Shown: positions 8,626 to 18,046 of the stretch, piece by piece
Numbering within the stretch: position 1 is the first letter of the stretch
Layout: each line of letters begins with the position of its first letter
Assembly: GCA_050259615.1 (NCBI GenBank)
Contig: JBLNAZ010000014.1
Span: 9,952-73,951 of the forward strand
Direction of reading: 5' to 3'
DNA from: Syntrophomonadaceae bacterium
Lineage (GTDB): Bacteria > Bacteroidota > Ignavibacteria > Ignavibacteriales > SURF-24
DNA length: 64,000 bases
The notes under the pieces: generated by a model
What the model was told of the DNA's origin: nothing
What the model saw: the letters and a program-made list of their open reading frames with translations, nothing else
Databases searched by the model: none
Translations under genes and position numbers: made by a program

Positions 8626-10851
8626 ATGAAGAAAGAAGAATTAGTAAATATTATTTCTGCCCGGCTTAACTCTCAGGGAAAGGAGACGGCGGTTGCTTTC
8701 GATGTTTTTTTGCAGAAAGTAGCAGAATCCCTCCAGGTGAATGAATCGGTTAAGATTCCTGATGTGGGAATTTTCCAGCTGAAGAGAAAGGGCTCTCTCG
8801 ATGATTCAGCAGGCCAGGGGAAAAGCTCTTTTTATCTGCTGTTTGTACCTCTTAAATACAACAGGAAAGACAAAAATGAGGTCCTGGCTTTCCAGGTTAA
8901 CCCGCGTAATATTAAAAAGACCGAGCTCGACGACGACGTCTTCAGCCTGAGCGTCGACCAGCCCGTTATACCTGTTACTGAACAGGCCAGGAAGGACTTT
9001 CTTGTCCATTCTTCCTATCTCATGATGCAGAAAAACTTTGAGGAAAGGGTGGATGGATTACTTCTGAATTCTCTTAACCTTAGCGACTTTGAAATAGACT
9101 ATAAATTTCCTTCTTCTCCCGGGGAAAATATATTTGACCTGGCCCCGGAAACTGAAAATGAAACTGGAAGTGAAGATAATGAAAGTATTCCATGGGATTT
9201 CGGGGAAGAGGCAGACTTTATCTCTGATGAAAATACACCGGAAACTGAAATTACACCGGAACCTGCGGATGAAAACGCCGATGAGGACTTTGATGCAATT
9301 GTGGCCAAAATTACGGGTGGTTTTTCTGATGATACTTCCGCATTTGATGACGCCGAAGCTGTTTTGCCTGATGATATGTTAGACGAAGATTCTGAAATTT
9401 TTGAAGAAAATGACGAGGAACCCGGCCCTCAGAGTGAAACTGAAGAAGTGCTTAATGAAATCATGCCTGAGGATAATTTAAATCTTCCAGCCGATGAACT
9501 TTTCAGGAACCTCCTGGGTGAAGAGGAAATTACGGAAGATGAAATTCCTGAGGATGAAGTTCCTGAAGATAAAATTCCCGGTGTGCTTCCGGGACTTAAT
9601 GCCAGTGACGAGCTTGGTGATGACTGGTTCAGCCTTAAGGAAATAGATGAAGAAGAAGAACTAGTTGAAAGTGAAACACCTTTTGCAGCTGAAGAACCTT
9701 CTGTAAAGGAAGATGCTTTTGAAAATGAAGAGCCCGCAGTAATAGATGACCAGGCGGAAAATATTGACGACAAGCTGGAACTTCTGACAGAAATGGATGC
9801 AGGACTGGAAATTGATCCGTTTGAGGATTTTGCTTTAGATGAAGAGGATGAAATTCCTGAGGAGATAACAGATGAGGTTCATGAAGAAGAGATTCCTGAA
9901 GAAGAACCTCTGGAAGAAGAACCTCTGGAAGAAGAACTTCCGGAAGAAGAACTTCCGGCTGAGGAGCCTGACCTTGTACTTGAAAAAGGCGGACTGCACG
10001 GTGTTGCTTTGACTGATGAAAAAATGCTTGAGGATGAGGATGAAGCCGGGCATAAGGTGAAGTATCCCGGAATGTTCTGGATGATATTAGGCGCTCTAGT
10101 GCTCGTGACTTTAGGAGGAATATATTACTTCTTCTTCATGGGTAATGCTAAACTGCCTGTCCCGGATTTTGCAAAGAAGGTGACTTCTAATGAAGCGGCT
10201 TCTGTAAAGCCACAGGTAATTGAAAGGGACTATAGTGTACCTGTAACTGTTTATAAAAGAAGCCGGGAAAAAACTGAACCTGAGAATTCCGGAGACCAGA
10301 CTAACAGCGCCATCCAGAATAATAGCACAGCTCAGAATAATGCTCCGGCGCAGAATAATCCCGCCGCTGAAAATAAAACAGCCTCCGAAGGTAATGTAAA
10401 AGGGAATAATACTGCTCAGAAGACAGAGACTCCCAAAAAAGTTCAGGAGAATAAGCCCATAGATAAACAGCAGCTGACAAAGCTTCCTGAGGCTAAACTT
10501 CCTGAAACAAGTAAGCAGGGTGTTAAGAATAATCCTGTTGTTAAGAGTAATCCTGTAGTACAAAACGTACAGACTCCCGCTGAAGTGCAGATTCAGCCGG
10601 GAAGCGATACAAAAAATAAGCTTATTAAGGAATATATTTTTACTGACGGAAGAGGGCGTTATACCATTCAGGAATCCTCCTGGCAATCCATGGCTGAGGC
10701 AGTAAAGAGGGTGAAATACTTCAGGAGCAAGGGGCTGGATGCTTATTATACAAAGTACGCTCCAAGGGGAGAAAAGGTTTGGTACAGGGTAAGAATAGGA
10801 GATTATCCGTCACTTGAAGAAACTGAAAACACGCTTAGAAAAATTAAGTAG
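8626..10851 (+). CDS. HU-like (CCDC81-type) N-terminal domain / acidic linker / TM / SPOR-domain protein
   Basis: 741-aa ORF. The N-terminus MKKEELVNIISARL...VKIPDVGIFQLK is HU/IHF-like. It is followed by about 350 aa of D/E-rich low complexity, one TM (MFWMILGALVLVTLGGIYYFFF), and a C-terminal SPOR-like domain (YTIQESSW...GLDAYY...WYRVRIGDY). Confidence 0.7.
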   Translation: MKKEELVNIISARLNSQGKETAVAFDVFLQKVAESLQVNESVKIPDVGIFQLKRKGSLDDSAGQGKSSFYLLFVPLKYNRKDKNEVLAFQVNPRNIKKTELDDDVFSLSVDQPVIPVTEQARKDFLVHSSYLMMQKNFEERVDGLLLNSLNLSDFEIDYKFPSSPGENIFDLAPETENETGSEDNESIPWDFGEEADFISDENTPETEITPEPADENADEDFDAIVAKITGGFSDDTSAFDDAEAVLPDDMLDEDSEIFEENDEEPGPQSETEEVLNEIMPEDNLNLPADELFRNLLGEEEITEDEIPEDEVPEDKIPGVLPGLNASDELGDDWFSLKEIDEEEELVESETPFAAEEPSVKEDAFENEEPAVIDDQAENIDDKLELLTEMDAGLEIDPFEDFALDEEDEIPEEITDEVHEEEIPEEEPLEEEPLEEELPEEELPAEEPDLVLEKGGLHGVALTDEKMLEDEDEAGHKVKYPGMFWMILGALVLVTLGGIYYFFFMGNAKLPVPDFAKKVTSNEAASVKPQVIERDYSVPVTVYKRSREKTEPENSGDQTNSAIQNNSTAQNNAPAQNNPAAENKTASEGNVKGNNTAQKTETPKKVQENKPIDKQQLTKLPEAKLPETSKQGVKNNPVVKSNPVVQNVQTPAEVQIQPGSDTKNKLIKEYIFTDGRGRYTIQESSWQSMAEAVKRVKYFRSKGLDAYYTKYAPRGEKVWYRVRIGDYPSLEETENTLRKIK
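9898..9957 (+). repeat. In-frame 15-bp tandem repeat x4 (EEEPL EEEPL EEELP EEELP) inside the acidic linker
   Basis: gaagaagaacctctg x2 followed by gaagaagaacttccg x2, read directly from the sequence. Confidence 0.85.
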
Positions 10852-10897
10852 AGATTAAGTAAGCGGCTGCAATATTAGAAAATTAAATTGTTAAGCG

Positions 10898-11680
10898 ATG
10901 ACTTTTCCAAAAATAAAAAATACTTCGTACCTGATGTCACTGGGGGTTCACGGACTCCTGCTTGCCGTATTTCTCCTGCTCAGGGCAAGCTTTTCTTATA
11001 CTCCCACTGAATATGTTGAGATCGGCTTTGGCACTCCGGGCGGTTCCGGCGGAGGCGGAAACGGTGAGACTCAGGTAGTTTCTGAGGACCCGCAGGCAGG
11101 CGACCTACCGCAGCAGGCTCAGCAGGATGTTGTGCAGGAAACAAAGAAAGAAGATATACCTAAGGTTGAAAATCAGAAAAAAGAGAATACTTCTGAAGAC
11201 CGCCTTCCGGCTAAGACTGAAAAGCCTAAAAATGAAAACCTGACGGCTAAGAACGGTTCTGTTCCTAAAGATGTGGTTAAGCCGGGTAACGGCTCTCCCG
11301 CTGCAGGCATAGGTACCAATCCCCTCGGCTCAGGCATCGGAAATGGTATTGGTAAAGGCTCCGGAAATGGTAACGGATCGGGCGATGCAAATGGCGACGG
11401 ATACGATATCTTCTGGGGAGGAAAGGGAAACAGGAAAATCTACAGCTATTCACTCCCGCGGTACCCGGATGGGGTTTCTAAGGAAATTGACCTGAAGCTG
11501 AAGTTTACCATACTTCCCGACGGCACCGTGGGTACTATCATTCCTTTAATGAAAGCCGATACAAGACTTGAAAACTCAGCTATTAATTCTCTCAGGCAAT
11601 GGAGATTCGAACCGCTGCCCCCGGAACAGAAGCAGCTTGAACAGACTGCGGTTATTACTTTTCCGTACCGTCTTCAGTAA
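10898..11680 (+). CDS. TonB-family energy transducer
   Basis: 260-aa ORF with an N-terminal TM anchor (SLGVHGLLLAVFLLL), a P/Q/K/E- and Gly-rich spacer, and a C-terminal TonB_C-like fold (YPDGVSKEIDLKLKFTILPDGTVG...SAINSLRQWRFEP). Confidence 0.7.
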   Translation: MTFPKIKNTSYLMSLGVHGLLLAVFLLLRASFSYTPTEYVEIGFGTPGGSGGGGNGETQVVSEDPQAGDLPQQAQQDVVQETKKEDIPKVENQKKENTSEDRLPAKTEKPKNENLTAKNGSVPKDVVKPGNGSPAAGIGTNPLGSGIGNGIGKGSGNGNGSGDANGDGYDIFWGGKGNRKIYSYSLPRYPDGVSKEIDLKLKFTILPDGTVGTIIPLMKADTRLENSAINSLRQWRFEPLPPEQKQLEQTAVITFPYRLQ

Positions 11681-11963
11681 CTTCATTTTCCTTATTCTCG
11701 CCGTAGTATAGCTTGTAGAAAAAATACTCTGCTACTGATAAAAGGAATAAGGAAAAGGTGTCCCTGTCAAAATATAACCCGAAACCTTTCGGTTCCATGA
11801 TGGCTCTTGCAATCATTCCTGTTACTGCCCAGCCAACGCTGAACAGTATTACTATGAGTGCTACATTGGAGAGTGCCGTGGAAATGCCTTCCTCCTGCCA
11901 CTTTTTTGTAAAGATTACTGTAACAAAAACCAGGTGAACGAAAAATATAAATGCTGTAATCAT
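11655..11963 (-). CDS. Small membrane protein (3 predicted TM helices), function unknown
   Basis: 102-aa hydrophobic ORF, first gene of a minus-strand string. Its 3' end overlaps the tonB-like 3' end by 26 nt. Confidence 0.5.
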   Translation of the reverse strand: MITAFIFFVHLVFVTVIFTKKWQEEGISTALSNVALIVILFSVGWAVTGMIARAIMEPKGFGLYFDRDTFSLFLLSVAEYFFYKLYYGENKENEVTEDGTEK

Positions 11964-11990
11964 TTTTTTATCAGGTCTGCTTGTTTGTGA

Positions 11991-12503
11991 TTAGAAATTA
12001 TTATCCTCGCGGTCTTGCCTTCTTTTTATTATCTGCATCCCGATCAGTCCGCCAATAATACCGAATACTGAATTTACGATCAGGCTGCTCATGAAAACTG
12101 AAAGCGTATAGAGCATGGAGAATCCGTACTTATTGATCTCATCTACAACCCGGTACATTATATCCATAACTTCGCGTGCAAGCGAGGCGGGGTAAATGCT
12201 CTGGAGCATATTCTCAAGCTCAGGAAGTGATCCGGCAATTGAGATCTCTCTTGTCATAAAAACGATCAGCATATCGAATGCGGTGCCGAAGAAAGCTGCA
12301 AATATGCCGGTTGAAAGACCTAAGAGCACGGCTAAAGATGCTTTAATATCGGGTTCATTTTTATTGGCCTTCTGGTGAAGTATGAGGGCAAAGAAAGCTG
12401 CCACGGGTACAATCACGCAGCAGGAAAGGGTCTTGACCAGTGGAACAATATTCAGAACGCCTGCCGCAAATCCGCACACCAGAGCCGGTAAATACTTTTT
12501 CAA
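11991..12503 (-). CDS. Membrane protein (about 4 TM helices), function unknown
   Basis: 170-aa hydrophobic ORF. Its start overlaps the upstream gene's stop by 4 nt (12500-12503). Confidence 0.55.
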   Translation of the reverse strand: MKKYLPALVCGFAAGVLNIVPLVKTLSCCVIVPVAAFFALILHQKANKNEPDIKASLAVLLGLSTGIFAAFFGTAFDMLIVFMTREISIAGSLPELENMLQSIYPASLAREVMDIMYRVVDEINKYGFSMLYTLSVFMSSLIVNSVFGIIGGLIGMQIIKRRQDREDNNF

Positions 12504-12970
12504 TTATAATTCCTGTCTTGAGATTTTAATTCTGCAATAAATTTTTCAAAAGCTTCCAAAATATAAAAAAATCCGGCTGAACCTAAAAGAAATCCGGTAA
12601 GAAAAGCAGCCATTTTGGAATAATTATATACTTTAACAGAATAAAGGATTACATCAAGGATCATCGGAATACCTGATAAGATCAGGTACTTTAAGTGTAA
12701 TTTTTCGTTTAACGTAATGAAAAGGGATATCAGGGAGGCAATGATTAATCCCGTATAAATGCCGAAGCACCTTGAACACACTAAAAGAGGGCGCCCCATA
12801 ATAAAAATGGTTTTTTCTGTTATCTGATGGCAGACGTGTGAGTAGCAGAGACTGCCAAATAAATAAACTCCTGCCGGAAACTCATAAAAGGGGATAAGAA
12901 CATTAAGGAAAATCCCTAAAAACCAGATAAATAGCAGAAAAAAAAGGAAATATTTAACTTTGTGCTTCAT
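12500..12970 (-). CDS. DUF2085-family membrane protein
   Basis: 156-aa ORF with the CHQ...RPLLVCSRCFGIYTG signature (CHQ / C-x-R-C-x-G-I-Y) characteristic of DUF2085. Confidence 0.65.
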   Translation of the reverse strand: MKHKVKYFLFFLLFIWFLGIFLNVLIPFYEFPAGVYLFGSLCYSHVCHQITEKTIFIMGRPLLVCSRCFGIYTGLIIASLISLFITLNEKLHLKYLILSGIPMILDVILYSVKVYNYSKMAAFLTGFLLGSAGFFYILEAFEKFIAELKSQDRNYN

Positions 12971-13080
12971 TAAAACTATTTATTAATGGATGTATGAAGA
13001 CAAAAATATGCCGAAAATATGAATATTAACAGTTTTAAAGGGGGAAAATATTATTATTAAATAATATCGCCGGAAAAATC

Positions 13081-13109
13081 TTGATTAACAGTAAAATTAC
13101 CTTTATATT
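13081..13109 (+). promoter_or_regulatory. Sigma70-like promoter TTGATT-N17-TATATT for rpmB
   Basis: TTGATT at 13081-13086, 17-nt spacer, TATATT at 13104-13109. A GGAG Shine-Dalgarno site precedes the ATG at 13136. Confidence 0.45.
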
Positions 13110-13135
13110 TAGGTTTCAAAATTCATGGAGTTGTA

Positions 13136-13330
13136 ATGTCAAGAGTATGTGAAATTTGCGGTAAAGGTCCAATAACAGGTCATAACGTAAGTCATGCTAA
13201 CAACAGAACCAAGACGAGATGGCTGCCTAATCTGCAGAATGTTAATGCTATCGTGGACGGCAGAAAAACAAAATTAAAAGTTTGCACAACTTGCCTTAAA
13301 AGCAATAAAGTTGTAAAAGCTGTTGCATAA
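13136..13330 (+). CDS. rpmB: 50S ribosomal protein L28 (Cys-containing, zinc-ribbon type)
   Basis: 64 aa: [34 protein letters not shown]... is the canonical L28 N-terminus. Cys pairs are CEIC and CTTC. Confidence 0.95.
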   Translation: MSRVCEICGKGPITGHNVSHANNRTKTRWLPNLQNVNAIVDGRKTKLKVCTTCLKSNKVVKAVA

Positions 13331-13332
13331 AG

Positions 13333-13357
13333 AGGCTGTTCTATCAGCCTTTTTTTA
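13333..13357 (+). terminator. Rho-independent terminator after rpmB
   Basis: Hairpin aggctg-ttctat-cagcct followed by tttttttatttt. It overlaps the stop codon of the convergent NHL gene. Confidence 0.6.
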
Positions 13358-14240
13358 TTTTAAATACTGCTATCTGTTTCTGCGTAAGCACGTACAATTT
13401 ATCCTTAAAGATCAGTCCGCCAACTATTTCAGAACCCGGATCAAACCCGGTGAGGTGCGCTTCCTTTAGCTGTACCTCTTTCTGATTAAGGTCTGCTGTA
13501 AATACTCTGTCTGTGGAAGTTAATACAAGATTATTAAAAGTAATATTGATACTTCTGAAAGGTATTTCTGTTGCAGCCTTCGCGAGGCCCGTCCCGAACT
13601 GATCGAAAATTACCAGGCTGGAGTCGTCAAGTACATAGATCCTGTTATCCTGTGAAATTGCGAATTTTACAGGGTTGTTAAGGGTGTACTCGCCCGAACG
13701 ATAGTTCCCGAACTGAAGGGCGTACTCGCCTGAAATATTGAATTTAAGTATCCTTTTGTTTTCAGAGTCTAATATATACATATCGCCCTGCGTTGATACG
13801 GCCGAACTGGTAGGGTATCCGAAGGTGATATTGCCGTCTGAATCGGTATTTGTATTGTTATTATTGTCCCTGCTTTGGTCTCCCCGTGCCTGGATTGCAG
13901 CCAGAAAGTTAAGATCCTTGTCGAAGACCTGCACCCTGTGGTTATTCTTGTCGCACACATAGACGTTAAGCGTGGAGGAGAATACGTCTGTAGGATCATC
14001 AAAGGACGACTCATCCCATCCGTAGCCCCCGATATATTTTACTTCATTTCCCGACAGGTCCAGCTTATGCACTTCGTTAGATAGTGCATCAGACACATAA
14101 ATAAAGCCCGTAGGATTAATAGAGAAAGACGAAGCCCCCTGGAAATTCCCCAGTTCCCCGGCGAATTCAAATTCCTGGGCAAATGCGGAAGTAAAGATAA
14201 TTCCGCAAAGAAATAATGCTGCTATAAATATTCTCATCAT
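13344..14240 (-). CDS. Secreted NHL-repeat beta-propeller protein
   Basis: ORF 13344-14327. I prefer the start at Met30 (14240), which gives the signal peptide MMRIFIAALFLCGIIFTSAFAQ. NHL-like repeats are present (FIYVSDALSNEVHKLDLSGN, VYVCDKNNHRVQVFD, MYILDSENKRILKFN, IYVLDDSSLVIFD). An alternative start is at 14327. Confidence 0.7.
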   Translation of the reverse strand: MMRIFIAALFLCGIIFTSAFAQEFEFAGELGNFQGASSFSINPTGFIYVSDALSNEVHKLDLSGNEVKYIGGYGWDESSFDDPTDVFSSTLNVYVCDKNNHRVQVFDKDLNFLAAIQARGDQSRDNNNNTNTDSDGNITFGYPTSSAVSTQGDMYILDSENKRILKFNISGEYALQFGNYRSGEYTLNNPVKFAISQDNRIYVLDDSSLVIFDQFGTGLAKAATEIPFRSINITFNNLVLTSTDRVFTADLNQKEVQLKEAHLTGFDPGSEIVGGLIFKDKLYVLTQKQIAVFKIKKG

Positions 14241-14405
14241 GTTGTACAAAGTACAAAGTCCTTCTGAGAAAGGCAACGGATATAACAGTGAAGATTCCAG
14301 AGCTTTTGCGGCTTTTCGTCCCGCCATATTATGTTTTTAGTCCTTTGAAATTTCCGGGGGATTAATTAATTTACTTCAGTAGTAAAAACAACTTAAGGTG
14401 TTCTT

Positions 14406-15863
14406 ATGCGTTGTTTTATTCTTTCCCTTTTCCTCTTTTTAATCGCCCTTTTCAGTGGAACTTCAACTGCCCAGACTCAAAGCCACAATTACCGTGGAAA
14501 CCTTGTGAAAGTTAACATGAAGGCCAAATCCGTTTTTCTTTCCGATACTCTAGGAAGCTGGAGCGACTATTATACAGCTAAAAGTTCGGGCCAGTATGAT
14601 GAAGGAGAAGCCTATTACTATGATCACCTGAAGCTTTCGGGACAAAGCTACCTTCTGAAAAAAACTCATTCATCCAGTGGTCCTTATATTCAGATGTTCT
14701 CGGGGGCTAACATTCTTGAAAACGAATGTCAAAAAAAAGAAAGATATTTTAACACTACAGGTGACGGATGGTGTGTAATGTCACCGTTAATGTTCCCTGT
14801 AACGCAAGTTTTACCAGCAGGTCGGGGGGCCTGGCTTATTAATGGCTCGTTAGGCAATATGTTCATTTATAATAATGACAGTCTAAGAACATTATATAGC
14901 CATTTTAACCATCAGCACAGCCAGGTGCCGGCGGAAAACCTGATGGCCATTTTAGGGAAGATATCAGACCGTTACCTGGCGATATTTGATAACTATGAAT
15001 ATCGTCTGGTTGATCTATCAAATTCTCCCGACATTTCTGAAGAAAACAGTACCGACATCAGATTTTACGGTACCCCTGATGAATTAAATACATATATTAG
15101 CATAAAGCAACCACTTTTTAGAAGAGCAAGGAAGATATGTAATGATCTCTACCTTTTCCAGAGTGATCACAACGGAGATCTTTATTTCTTCAAGTTCAAC
15201 GATACAAGTTTTACATATATAAAAACGGCTTCTGGCGATCCATATCTTAGTGCAGGCCCCTCCTGGGAGTTCAGGAATAATAAACTGTACCTGGGCGGTA
15301 TTTTTACTTACGATTTGAATATTTCAGATACAACTTTTATTAATAGAAAAGAATTGCCCGGGATGATTAAGAGCGGGATGGAAACCGGTATTGACAGAGA
15401 CTTAAATTATGCGGCTCAAATTGACAGCGATACCCTCAGGATATATGATATAAACAAGGAATGCTATATCAATGCAATCAACCTTGCCGGAGTTAATAAA
15501 CCGTTCAGACCTATAGTTGACTATCCCTATGTATACCTGCATCAGACTATTTTAGAAGAAAACAGTTCAATTCTGGATGTTGAAGAAAATAGCTCAATTA
15601 TAAAAAGCTACTCGCTTTCAGCTTATCCAAACCCGTTTAACCCTGCAGCGACTCTGGAATTTAATATACCAATAGCAGGGCACGTGGAGCTTAAGATTTA
15701 TGATGCCCTCGGGAAAGAGGTAACAACGCTGATTAACGAAGTAAAGAAGGAAGGGAGCTATAAGGTTCAGTTTAATGCTTCCTCTCTTCCAAGCGGAATC
15801 TATCTCTGCCGCATGAACGCAGGGGCTTATAATGTGACAAAGAAAATTATCTTATTGAAGTGA
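14406..15863 (+). CDS. Secreted protein of unknown function with T9SS C-terminal sorting domain
   Basis: 485-aa ORF with a signal peptide (FSGTSTAQ). The last ~85 aa are LSAYPNPFNPAATLEFNIP...LPSGIYLCRMNAGAYNVTKKIILLK, a Por_Secre_tail (type A CTD) pattern. Confidence 0.75.
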   Translation: MRCFILSLFLFLIALFSGTSTAQTQSHNYRGNLVKVNMKAKSVFLSDTLGSWSDYYTAKSSGQYDEGEAYYYDHLKLSGQSYLLKKTHSSSGPYIQMFSGANILENECQKKERYFNTTGDGWCVMSPLMFPVTQVLPAGRGAWLINGSLGNMFIYNNDSLRTLYSHFNHQHSQVPAENLMAILGKISDRYLAIFDNYEYRLVDLSNSPDISEENSTDIRFYGTPDELNTYISIKQPLFRRARKICNDLYLFQSDHNGDLYFFKFNDTSFTYIKTASGDPYLSAGPSWEFRNNKLYLGGIFTYDLNISDTTFINRKELPGMIKSGMETGIDRDLNYAAQIDSDTLRIYDINKECYINAINLAGVNKPFRPIVDYPYVYLHQTILEENSSILDVEENSSIIKSYSLSAYPNPFNPAATLEFNIPIAGHVELKIYDALGKEVTTLINEVKKEGSYKVQFNASSLPSGIYLCRMNAGAYNVTKKIILLK

Positions 15864-16289
15864 AAAGGAACATTCCGGAGGCTTTAAAATAAAATCTGGA
15901 GAAGCTTGTTTAAGGTTTCTCCAGCATAAATTATCTAATATTTGAATTACTTTTTCAACCGGCTTAGTTGAAACTATCCGGTACAAAAAATTAATCAATA
16001 TGTTTTTCTGCCTTTTCTTCTACCATTCATTCCTCCACATTAGTGAAAGAAAACTAACGCCAGGTAATTAAGCGTTGAAAGTGATATCACCTGCAACAGT
16101 AAGTATCCGGATGACTTACAAGAGTAAGATAAGAAGTCTTTTAAGAACTGTCAAGCACTAAAGCAGGAAGTAAAACCAGATATTTTATTAGACTGCATCT
16201 GTTGAGAACTGAATCACAGAGATGAACGTTATTTTTGGGAAAAAGTTTATTTATTGTTAAAAAGTGAACAAATTCAATGTAATTTTTCT

Positions 16290-16320
16290 TTTGATTTCCT
16301 TGGAAGTTTTATTATATTTG
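16290..16320 (+). promoter_or_regulatory. Bacteroidota-style promoter TTTG-N19-TAtaTTTG upstream of tRNA-Gln
   Basis: TTTG at 16290-16293, 19-nt spacer, TATATTTG at 16313-16320. It ends 10 nt before the mature tRNA 5' end. Motif match only. Confidence 0.35.
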
Positions 16321-16330
16321 TAAACATAAT

Positions 16331-16403
16331 TGCCCCGTGGTGTAATTGGCAACACGTCTGACTCTGGATCAGAAGAGTCTAGGTTCGAGCCCTGGCGGGG
16401 CAG
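16331..16403 (+). tRNA. tRNA-Gln (anticodon CUG)
   Basis: Hand-folded cloverleaf of 73 nt: acceptor TGCCCCG/CGGGGCA, D arm GTGT-AATTGGCA-ACAC, anticodon arm TCTGA-CTCTGGA-TCAGA (CTG at positions 34-36), T arm CTAGG-TTCGAGC-CCTGG, discriminator G. CCA is not encoded. Confidence 0.9.
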
Positions 16404-16410
16404 CAATTCT

Positions 16411-16443
16411 AACAGCCGGTTTTAAACCGGCTGTTTTTGTTTT
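16411..16443 (+). terminator. Rho-independent terminator after tRNA-Gln
   Basis: Hairpin aacagccggttt/aaaccggctgtt followed by a T-run (tttttgttt). Confidence 0.7.
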
Positions 16444-16554
16444 AACTATACTTCGACTGTGAGGCTTGCCATCCCCGGCACTTATTTTATCTGTATATTA
16501 AGTTTTTCGTGTGAAAATAAATTCTGGAAGTAGAACTAACGGGAAACAATTCAT

Positions 16555-17991
16555 ATGGCATTCCGTAGAACTCTGGGTAAGCTGTTCCTCCTGGCTGCAA
16601 TATTAATTTTACAGCAAAATATCCTGTTTTCACAGGATCTGGTGGAAACATATTCCAAGTTTATTTCAAAAAAGTACATGTATGACGAATTTAAGCATGA
16701 ACAGCTTTTAAAGCTGCTTAGGGCAAAAAGCTCTTTACATCCCGACCTTATCTATTATTACATTACCTATTACAATAAACTTTCTGAAAGCAGCAGCCTG
16801 CAGGAGCAGGAAAGTAATTCATTTAAGGGTTATCTTACTTCTAAGGAGAATATACTGATTCAAAAAAGAAATGCCTGGGCCAACAGGCAGATTGCTCTGA
16901 TAGATACAATGAAAACTGATCCCGCACTGAAAAACCGTGCGGAGAACATATTCAGGGAGTTAATTACCGGCTTAATAGATGTTTCTTCGTTTCCTCAGAT
17001 TGCCGACAGCTCTATTAATGAGCGCTTGTTAAATTATTTTTCCGCAGCTTTCTATAACCCGGAATCATTTCCGGAGTATCATTCAGACCTCAGTTACAGC
17101 GGTTATAAGATGCAAGAGGAGGTCAGGTTAAGAGAAAAGATTATCACGCTCTTCGGGGCTTCGGAAAGAAAACACCCGAATTCCAATGCGGAACTGATCT
17201 CATTAATCCTGGACAGATGGTATCTGTTTGATACTTTAACCGTGGATAGATCTAAATACACGGAGCCGGGTGAAATGATTCTGAAGCTGCTTAAACAGAA
17301 TTACTCTGTATTAAAACAGCCTAAATTCAGATTAGGGATACTTTATTCCCCATTAAACAATGCATGCTATCTGAAAACTTCAATATTTATAAAGGGGCTT
17401 GAAAGGGCCCAGGAATTTGAATTAAAGAATTCCATTAAGCAGTTAGGACTTTCCCTGGGGTATAATTATTATATTAAAGAAGTTATGGGGCTTTTTTCAT
17501 CCATCAATTTTCAGCTTCTATACTTTAAAAGCATTTCGACGCAGGAAATTTCCAGCCAAACAGGATTCGAAAACGATTATACACTCAACGCAATAAAATA
17601 TCATGATGGATTAAAATTCGGGAAAAACATATTAAAGCCCAATTCGGTGCAAAGCTATTATCTGAAAATTACTACTCCGGTATTATTTTTTCTCAATACT
17701 GTCAGTCTGGAACTTGGTGCATTTGCCGGTTTGAATAAAATGGATTATAAATATTCCTACAGCTATAGTTATGTTAAGACAGAAACTTACATGACCGGCA
17801 GCATGTGGGAACAAAAATGGTATACACATACCGTGGCTGCAGGAGCAGATTCAAAAGAATATGAAAGCTCTGTAAATGATTTTATAATTTCACCCGTATT
17901 AGAACTTTCTGTTAATCCTATGGAGATTGTAAAGATGGGTTTTGCATTAAGCCCGCAATATTCCTCATTTTTCTTTAATTATGAATTCTAA
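16555..17991 (+). CDS. Secreted protein: helical N-terminal half plus probable beta-barrel C-terminal half, function unknown
   Basis: 478-aa ORF with a signal peptide (LLAAILILQQNILFSQ). The C-terminal half has alternating beta-strand patterning and a terminal aromatic (FFFNYEF). I recognise no family motif. Confidence 0.55.
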   Translation: MAFRRTLGKLFLLAAILILQQNILFSQDLVETYSKFISKKYMYDEFKHEQLLKLLRAKSSLHPDLIYYYITYYNKLSESSSLQEQESNSFKGYLTSKENILIQKRNAWANRQIALIDTMKTDPALKNRAENIFRELITGLIDVSSFPQIADSSINERLLNYFSAAFYNPESFPEYHSDLSYSGYKMQEEVRLREKIITLFGASERKHPNSNAELISLILDRWYLFDTLTVDRSKYTEPGEMILKLLKQNYSVLKQPKFRLGILYSPLNNACYLKTSIFIKGLERAQEFELKNSIKQLGLSLGYNYYIKEVMGLFSSINFQLLYFKSISTQEISSQTGFENDYTLNAIKYHDGLKFGKNILKPNSVQSYYLKITTPVLFFLNTVSLELGAFAGLNKMDYKYSYSYSYVKTETYMTGSMWEQKWYTHTVAAGADSKEYESSVNDFIISPVLELSVNPMEIVKMGFALSPQYSSFFFNYEF

Positions 17992-18046
17992 ACAGAACAT
18001 TGCTGCCGAATGACCTTTTACGCCATTCGGGTGCGCTGAACCCGGC

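Noticed and set aside
9100-10060. Repetitive GAA/GAG-rich DNA checked as a possible CRISPR or satellite array
   Set aside because: The repeats are in-frame acidic codon repeats inside a CDS, with no spacer-repeat periodicity. I saw no CRISPR-like array anywhere in the window.
10111-10686. 191-aa minus-strand ORF inside the HU-SPOR gene
   Set aside because: It is antisense to the low-complexity linker and SPOR region. It has biased I/L/F/S composition and no start context.
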